The position numbers were made by a program, and so were the translations under genes. Shown in pieces: positions 58,594-64,000 of a stretch of 64,000 nt of DNA. Each line of letters opens with the position of its first letter. The first letter of the stretch is position 1. This DNA is from Candidatus Aminicenantes bacterium UBA6228 (GTDB lineage Bacteria; Acidobacteriota; Aminicenantia; Aminicenantales; Saccharicenantaceae). Under the pieces are notes generated by a model. The model was not told the DNA's origin. It saw only the letters and a program-made list of their open reading frames with translations, and did not search any database. The DNA lies in assembly GCA_002441005.1 (NCBI GenBank), contig DJWO01000002.1:70784-134783 (forward strand), in the 5' to 3' direction.

Positions 58594-58692
58594 AACAAAT
58601 AGAATATATAGCGCCTCCCGATTTTCGGGCTGACGCCTGTATGGCCCGTGCCAGAAAAAAAATAGTGAATATATAGGGTGTCCCTATTTTTT
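58594..58692 (+). repeat. Pair of GTGTCCCC-box repeats (variant + canonical F) ending the copy-B composite element
   Basis: AAACAAATAGAATATATAGCGCCTCCCGATTTT … AGAAAAAAAATAGTGAATATATAGGGTGTCCCTATTTTTT. Confidence 0.8.
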
Positions 58693-58739
58693 GAAAAATA
58701 TCTTATAATAACAGGCAAGAAATTTGACAGAGGCATTGA

Positions 58740-59246
58740 TTGGAAGAGAAAGGCAGCAGCTTAACACTTTATCAGTTACTCTTAATAATAGTTTTCATAG
58801 TTATAGCTATTGTGCTTTTATATCCAGTCTATGAAAAAGCTGTGAACACAGCCAGTCAGAAATCCAGCATCAAAGATATGGTCACCTGGTCTCGGGCTTT
58901 CTCCGATTATTTGTTAGAGCATAGCACTCTTCCGGCGATTTCCGGCCCATTAGCCTTTAAGAAAGATGTACTCGAAGAATTAAGCCCGTATCTTGAGGTG
59001 ATAAGGCTTAACGATTACTGGGGTAACAGGTTCTATATATGGACAGGGCTGTCCTGCCATCAGTACGGGCTTGTCCCGGGCGATCAAAATTATATCGTCG
59101 CTTCATTCGGCCGAGACCGGATTAAAGAGAATTGGCGCTACAACCCGCTGCTTCCCGCAGCTGGCCTTTATGATATCAAAGCCATCTCGGATTTTGACCG
59201 GGATCTCATCATTTATAACGGCAGTCTGATAAGAGGTCCCAGATGA
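58740..59246 (+). CDS. Pilin-like protein with a degenerate N-terminal prepilin motif (paralog of 63011..63571)
   Basis: Hydrophobic N-terminal helix LLLIIVFIVIAIVLL, and shared C-terminal blocks SFGRD / SYGRD and IIYNGSLIRGPR / IANWNGSIVVGPR with the downstream pilin. Confidence 0.5.
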   Translation: MEEKGSSLTLYQLLLIIVFIVIAIVLLYPVYEKAVNTASQKSSIKDMVTWSRAFSDYLLEHSTLPAISGPLAFKKDVLEELSPYLEVIRLNDYWGNRFYIWTGLSCHQYGLVPGDQNYIVASFGRDRIKENWRYNPLLPAAGLYDIKAISDFDRDLIIYNGSLIRGPR

Positions 59247-60502
59247 ACCTCGTCCATTTCTTAAACAAGCCAGTGAGCTCATGTTGCCAGATAAAAAGTA
59301 TTCCTGCTCTCAATATAATTTACAAAAAACCTTTTTTCTATGCCGTCATGTTCCTCATCTTCCTTTTTATTTTATTGCAGATGTGGCCTTTCCTGACGGG
59401 GATAAAAGTGGATGATACTTCTTATTATACGACCGCCCATGGAATCCTCGATAATATTAATATCTATGATGAAACAGAATTCTATGCTTTAGCCGCTAAG
59501 CTTTTCGGACAATCCATAGTGGTCTGGCCTTATACCTATCCACCCCTTTTCGCTCAGATCCTCCTTCCGCTTTGCCTGTTGCAATATCAAACTTTTACGG
59601 CTATCTGGATGATATTTAACATAATTGCTGGTTTTGCCTGTATCTTCTTAACTTTTAAGCTTATACTTCGAGAAAAACAGAACAATTATTTGCTTTTGAG
59701 CTTAATCGTACTTTTTTGTTTGGAAAGCCAGCCCTTCAAACTGAATATTTTATATGGCCAGGCTCATTTTATTGTTTATTTGTTGATAATTCTGTCTCTT
59801 TTGTTCTTCCGCAAACAAGAATTCTGGCTTTCTTCTCTTTTCCTGTCTTTAGCAACTTTTATTAAGATATTTCCAGTCATCTTTATGCTCTATTTCCTTC
59901 TCAAAAAAGACTTTAAATATATAAAGAACTTTATCCTTAGCTCCTTAGCTATTCTTTTTCTTTCAATCGTAGCTTTCGGGTCAAAGATGTGGATTGATTA
60001 TATCTTTTACTTTAGCGATATATTCCTTAAAAGTAAGAGAACGCTTTTTTCTCTTCATTTTAATACTTATCAGAATAATAAAAGCTTAAGAGCTTTTTTA
60101 TTTAATCTGATAGAACCCGGTGCGCCGGGCAGCAGCAAATTGGGTCTTATCTATCTAATCTTTATTGCCTTGTTTTTAGTTTTAAGCATCCTGGCTATTT
60201 TGCGGAGAAAGGATGATATTATTTATGCCTTTTCTATTTTAGGCCTAGTCGCAGTGGTCCTATCTCCTATGTCCTGGCGCCACCATTACGTTATGGTTGT
60301 TCTTCCTTTCTTCTACTTGCTTTTTCAATATCTTCGAGAAAAAAGGTATATTCCAGTTCTCATCTTATGCTTCCTGGTGGCCTTGATTTTCTATTATCCC
60401 AACTGGGCCGGTTTCCCTTTTAGTTACATGATCCTTTTTGCCCTTATTGGTCTGTTGGCCATGTTATTATTTGAGCCGCGGGTGAAAAACGTTCAAGCAT
60501 GA
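59243..60502 (+). CDS. Polytopic membrane protein, DUF2029/GT87-like glycosyltransferase candidate
   Basis: About 10 TM helices, low GC, and co-located with gmd and a PAP2 protein. Confidence 0.45.
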   Translation: MNLVHFLNKPVSSCCQIKSIPALNIIYKKPFFYAVMFLIFLFILLQMWPFLTGIKVDDTSYYTTAHGILDNINIYDETEFYALAAKLFGQSIVVWPYTYPPLFAQILLPLCLLQYQTFTAIWMIFNIIAGFACIFLTFKLILREKQNNYLLLSLIVLFCLESQPFKLNILYGQAHFIVYLLIILSLLFFRKQEFWLSSLFLSLATFIKIFPVIFMLYFLLKKDFKYIKNFILSSLAILFLSIVAFGSKMWIDYIFYFSDIFLKSKRTLFSLHFNTYQNNKSLRAFLFNLIEPGAPGSSKLGLIYLIFIALFLVLSILAILRRKDDIIYAFSILGLVAVVLSPMSWRHHYVMVVLPFFYLLFQYLREKRYIPVLILCFLVALIFYYPNWAGFPFSYMILFALIGLLAMLLFEPRVKNVQA

Positions 60503-61719
60503 AGATTTCCGCTGAAAATTCAAGCAAAATTTATTGGATAACAATTCTTTCTCTGTTGTTTATTTTTTTTCTGGCAGGACTGCGCTTCCAAATATTCGCT
60601 TATTTCCCCAAGATATCAATTCTTATAATACTTATTGGTTTTGCCCTTTTGCTAAAATCAGGAAGACTATTCTTCAAAGACTGGTATTTTTTTCTGGCCT
60701 TTATCTATCTGACCGATACTCTGAGGGGATTGATCTACTATCTGGTAAGTAAATACCAATTGCCTGTTTATTGTGAATACGTTCTTAAGGCGGAAAAGAG
60801 TATCTTCAGGACGGTTCCCTCGGTCTGGCTCCAGTATAAGCTCCTTGGAGACTCGCAGTTTGGACTTCTCGAAGAACTGGTAACATTTTTTCACGGTACT
60901 CACTTTATTGCTTTTTTAATTATTGGATTTTTTATCTGGCTTAAGGATAAAGAGAATTTCCGGGTTTACAAGCTTTCATTTTATCTTTTAATGGTTATGG
61001 GGATAAGCCTTTATGCTTTGATTCCAACTGCCCCGCCCTGGATGGCCTCAAACCTGTTTGGTCTGTTGCCACCGCTTCGCCATTTTAACCTCGAAATTTA
61101 CACTGCTATCATTCCTGATTTAACTGCTGGCTTTAACACAGATCCGGTGGCGGCCATGCCTTCTTTGCATGCCGCCTTCCCCTTCCTGTGCAGCCTGCTA
61201 CTTTTTAAAAAATATAAGTTCAGAGCCTTCCCTTTTTATCTTTATACCGCCGCAATATTTTTTAGCATTATTTATACGGGAGACCATTATGTTGCCGATA
61301 TAATTGCGGGAATAGTCCTGGCCATCACAGGCTTTGTATTGGCCAATCACCTGACTAAAAATTACATCTCCTTTGCCCATCAAGAGAAGTCTTCTGAATT
61401 GCGGTTAAGAAGAAGCAATGTCGTAGCCGGGACAATACTTATCGCTTTCAGTTTGGTTAGCGGAGAAATAATAAAACCTGAGCTAAAGAAATATTATGCG
61501 GAATACAGTCATCTTAAATTCCCTGATTTCATAAACCATTCTGAAAAGGCAGATTCAAACTACCTGATTGCTGTCTATCTGGGCGATTTTGAAGCCAATC
61601 AACATAACATCGGAAAAGCTTCCTATTACTATGAAAAGGCTCAAACCTTAGCTAAAACCACCTACGAAAAGAATCAAATAAAAATGAAGATAAACAGGCT
61701 GAGGTTATCCTCTTTTTGA
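60499..61719 (+). CDS. PAP2-superfamily membrane protein (inositolphosphotransferase/phosphatase-like) with a C-terminal TPR-like tail
   Basis: PSLHAAFPF and …GDHYVADII… PAP2 motifs. Confidence 0.55.
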   Translation: MKISAENSSKIYWITILSLLFIFFLAGLRFQIFAYFPKISILIILIGFALLLKSGRLFFKDWYFFLAFIYLTDTLRGLIYYLVSKYQLPVYCEYVLKAEKSIFRTVPSVWLQYKLLGDSQFGLLEELVTFFHGTHFIAFLIIGFFIWLKDKENFRVYKLSFYLLMVMGISLYALIPTAPPWMASNLFGLLPPLRHFNLEIYTAIIPDLTAGFNTDPVAAMPSLHAAFPFLCSLLLFKKYKFRAFPFYLYTAAIFFSIIYTGDHYVADIIAGIVLAITGFVLANHLTKNYISFAHQEKSSELRLRRSNVVAGTILIAFSLVSGEIIKPELKKYYAEYSHLKFPDFINHSEKADSNYLIAVYLGDFEANQHNIGKASYYYEKAQTLAKTTYEKNQIKMKINRLRLSSF

Positions 61720-61774
61720 TGTGCCTTGTCTTATAAGTAAAATAGGTAATATATCCTTGGAAGGAGGATGGAGA

Positions 61775-62815
61775 ATGAAAAGAGCATTGATCACCGGGAT
61801 TAGAGGCCAGGATGGAGCTTATCTGGCCAGTTTTCTCTTGAAAAAAGGGTACGAAGTCATAGGAGCTGACAGGAGAAATGGAGCTGATTCTAACTGGCGT
61901 CTCAAAGAACTTGGAATAGATAAAGACGTTAAAACTATCTATATGGATCTACTCGAGCTGACCAATATCATCAGAGCCCTGGAGAAGACCAAGCCTGATG
62001 AGATATATAATCTCGCCGCTCAAAGCTATGTAGCCGTTTCTTTTGAACAGCCTATCTTTACTTCTGAAGTTAACGCCATAGGTGTAGCCAGATTGCTTGA
62101 AGCTATCCGCCTGGTTAATCCCCGGCTTAAATTCTATCAGGCTTCATCCAGCGAAATGTTTGGCCAGACTAAAACCGTTTATCAGGATGAGAATACACCA
62201 TTCTATCCTAAGAGCCCTTATGGGATATCCAAACTCTTTGGCCACTGGACCACTGTTAATTATCGTGAAGCCTATGATATGTTCGCCTGTTGCGGAATCT
62301 GTTTTAACCATGAATCACCTTTAAGAGGGCTTGAATTTGTAACCAGGAAGATAACCTATTCTTTAGCAGAAATTAAGTATGGACTCCGCGAAAGGCTGAT
62401 TCTGGGTAATCTTGAAGCTAAGCGAGATTGGGGATATGCGCCTGAATATGTAGAAGCTATGTGGCTAATGCTCCAAGCTGGCCGAGCAGATGATTATGTT
62501 GTGGCAACTGGCGAGACACATTCAGTAAAAGAATTTTTTGAGATAGCTGCTGAAATAGCAGATTTTAAAATAAAATGGGCTAAAAGAAAAAATATGCTGA
62601 TAGGAATAGATGAGAAAAAGGGTAAAGCGATAATCAAGGTCGCCGATGAGCTCCGCCGGCCAGCCGAAGTTTCAGAGCTAAGAGGAAACGCTCAGAAAAT
62701 AAGAAAAACGCTGGGATGGGAGCCAAAGGTAAAATTTGAAGAGCTGGTAGCAAAAATGGTGCAAGCTGACCTGAGAAGGTTAAAAAATGCTGCCAGAAAA
62801 AGAAAGACATATTGA
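61775..62815 (+). CDS. gmd: GDP-mannose 4,6-dehydratase
   Basis: MKRALITGIRGQDGAYL Rossmann motif and a downstream YxxxK. Start placed at the ATG 8 nt after AAGGAGG rather than at the longer ORF. Confidence 0.9.
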   Translation: MKRALITGIRGQDGAYLASFLLKKGYEVIGADRRNGADSNWRLKELGIDKDVKTIYMDLLELTNIIRALEKTKPDEIYNLAAQSYVAVSFEQPIFTSEVNAIGVARLLEAIRLVNPRLKFYQASSSEMFGQTKTVYQDENTPFYPKSPYGISKLFGHWTTVNYREAYDMFACCGICFNHESPLRGLEFVTRKITYSLAEIKYGLRERLILGNLEAKRDWGYAPEYVEAMWLMLQAGRADDYVVATGETHSVKEFFEIAAEIADFKIKWAKRKNMLIGIDEKKGKAIIKVADELRRPAEVSELRGNAQKIRKTLGWEPKVKFEELVAKMVQADLRRLKNAARKRKTY

Positions 62816-62963
62816 ACGATCGGATAATTAATCGATCTTAATAAAATACGTTGAAGTTCAGAGATGTCCAACTCGTTGGTATCCTCTTGTAGCCCCATAG
62901 GGCCAATAATTTTATGGAGTTGATTAAGCCTCTGTAAAAAAAGAATATTCAATAATAAAAAAA

Positions 62964-62981
62964 GGGCGGCCGAAGCCGCCC
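62964..62981. terminator. Bidirectional rho-independent terminator GGGCGGC-cgaa-GCCGCCC
   Basis: GC-rich 7-bp stem flanked by A-run and T-run, between convergent gmd and the pilin gene. Confidence 0.7.
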
Positions 62982-63010
62982 TTCATTCAATTCTCAGGCT
63001 ATCAACCTGA

Positions 63011-63571
63011 TCAACTGGCGGTACCACCGCCTGAAGTCCTCGGGCCAACAACGATAGAACCATTCCAATTAGCGATATCATTGTTGAAATCCTTCATGGA
63101 ACCAACTTCATAAAGGCCTTTGCTGGGATCAGTAATGTCATATGCATATGTAGTTGTCTCGACTCCATCCCTGCCATAGGAGCCAACAACAAAGTCGTCG
63201 ACCCCCTCCAGTTCGCCAGAAGCAAGCTCGATTCCAAAATCGCTCGTTATCGCATCTCTAGTATTAACTACATAATAATTTCCCCATTGGTCTTTTTGTG
63301 GGAAAACCTTCATATAGAAACCCTGTAATGCGGCGACTACTGCATCAGTTGGTCCTGTGATCTGACCCGTATGCGCTGGGACATTTCCTTTGTCGGTTAC
63401 ATGATCCATAAAAGCGGTGGCGATGGTGTTAATGTCCTTGACGGTGCCTTTCTGCTTAGCTTTCTGCAGGGCGGACATGGCGTTGGGGATTAACAGAGCG
63501 GCCAGAATACCGATAATGGCCACGACGATGAGCATTTCGATGAGGGTGAATCCTTTCATCTTTCTTAACAT
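63011..63571 (-). CDS. Type IV pilin / pseudopilin with a prepilin-type N-terminal cleavage-methylation domain
   Basis: KGFTLIEMLIVVAIIGILAA motif. Confidence 0.8.
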   Translation of the reverse strand: MLRKMKGFTLIEMLIVVAIIGILAALLIPNAMSALQKAKQKGTVKDINTIATAFMDHVTDKGNVPAHTGQITGPTDAVVAALQGFYMKVFPQKDQWGNYYVVNTRDAITSDFGIELASGELEGVDDFVVGSYGRDGVETTTYAYDITDPSKGLYEVGSMKDFNNDIANWNGSIVVGPRTSGGGTAS

Positions 63572-64000
63572 TTTAATACCTCCTAATTTCTCGCCGACTA
63601 TCCGCCGGCTGAGATGTTATTAATTTTCCTTCACCTATTTAAGGTGCAAGTTATGTGCCAGCTTTATTTTCTCTGCTAACTTATTAATTATCAAGCATTT
63701 ACCAATCATGTCCATTCCAACCAGCCTCAATTCTGACACAATTTGTCAGATATTCCTGCCAAAATTTGGCACTCTGGCCTCCAACATTATTAAGTATCGC
63801 TCCCGTTTCAGAGTAAACTTTAGTTAAGGTTATCATAAAAGGGAAGAAAAGTCGACAATTCATCTGCCTCTCCCTCGCTCTGGCTCTTTGGCTGCAGCTT
63901 TCCCGTTATTCATCAGCGGCACAGACGGTTCATCAGCCGCCAGCCCGCTTGCACCCAGCTCCTCGCCTTCTTCCTCGCCGTTTAAATCACTCACCCGTGG

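Noticed and set aside
1-64000. tRNA, rRNA or tmRNA genes
   Set aside because: No GGTTCGAATCC/GGTTCGATTCC-type T-arm cores and no acceptor-stem/CCA contexts were seen in any intergenic region; intergenic spaces in the core region are too short.

Overview
The window is a 64-kb chromosomal segment from a diderm (LPS-type) bacterium with core GC of roughly 50%, probably an uncultured lineage that I cannot place precisely. The first 35 kb is densely packed, syntenic housekeeping DNA. Positions 1-7.5 kb hold the conserved cluster lptC/A-like, lptB, rpoN, hpf, ptsN, hprK, rapZ, EIIA-Man, ptsH and ptsI. These are followed by recJ, ftsY, ribD, ribE, ribBA, dtd, rpsT, holA, lptE and leuS. Next come a FecCD/BtuCDF-type ABC importer, an M20 amidohydrolase, comEC, rph, a PAS/HD-GYP protein and a flotillin. 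Positions 32.8-35.1 kb encode an unusual aspartate-aminotransferase::HprK-like P-loop fusion protein. Positions 35.1-40.1 kb form a small island bounded by a 119-bp repeat with a perfect 20-bp palindrome; it carries a disrupted DUF234 ATPase and two tandem amidohydrolase paralogs. Positions 41.4-45.8 kb hold a sigma-54 regulon unit: a sensor kinase with a mucin-like Pro/Ser/Ala tract, a TPR lipoprotein, an NtrC-type activator, and a near-consensus sigma-54 promoter in front of a small secreted protein. From 46.6 to 58.7 kb lies an accessory region in which gene modules are separated by copies of a ~30-bp GTGTCCCC-box repeat and larger MITE-like elements that end in that repeat. The modules are AbiEi/AbiEii, HicB/HicA, DUF4411 plus HTH-ImmA, an uncharacterised three-gene operon beside an HTH-XRE/ImmA pair, and a possible nuclease. 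The array ends at a 5'-truncated, catalytically degenerate tyrosine recombinase. The final 5 kb is a lower-GC cluster with two pilin-like genes, two membrane glycan-biosynthesis proteins and gmd. I found no rRNA, tRNA or CRISPR array.
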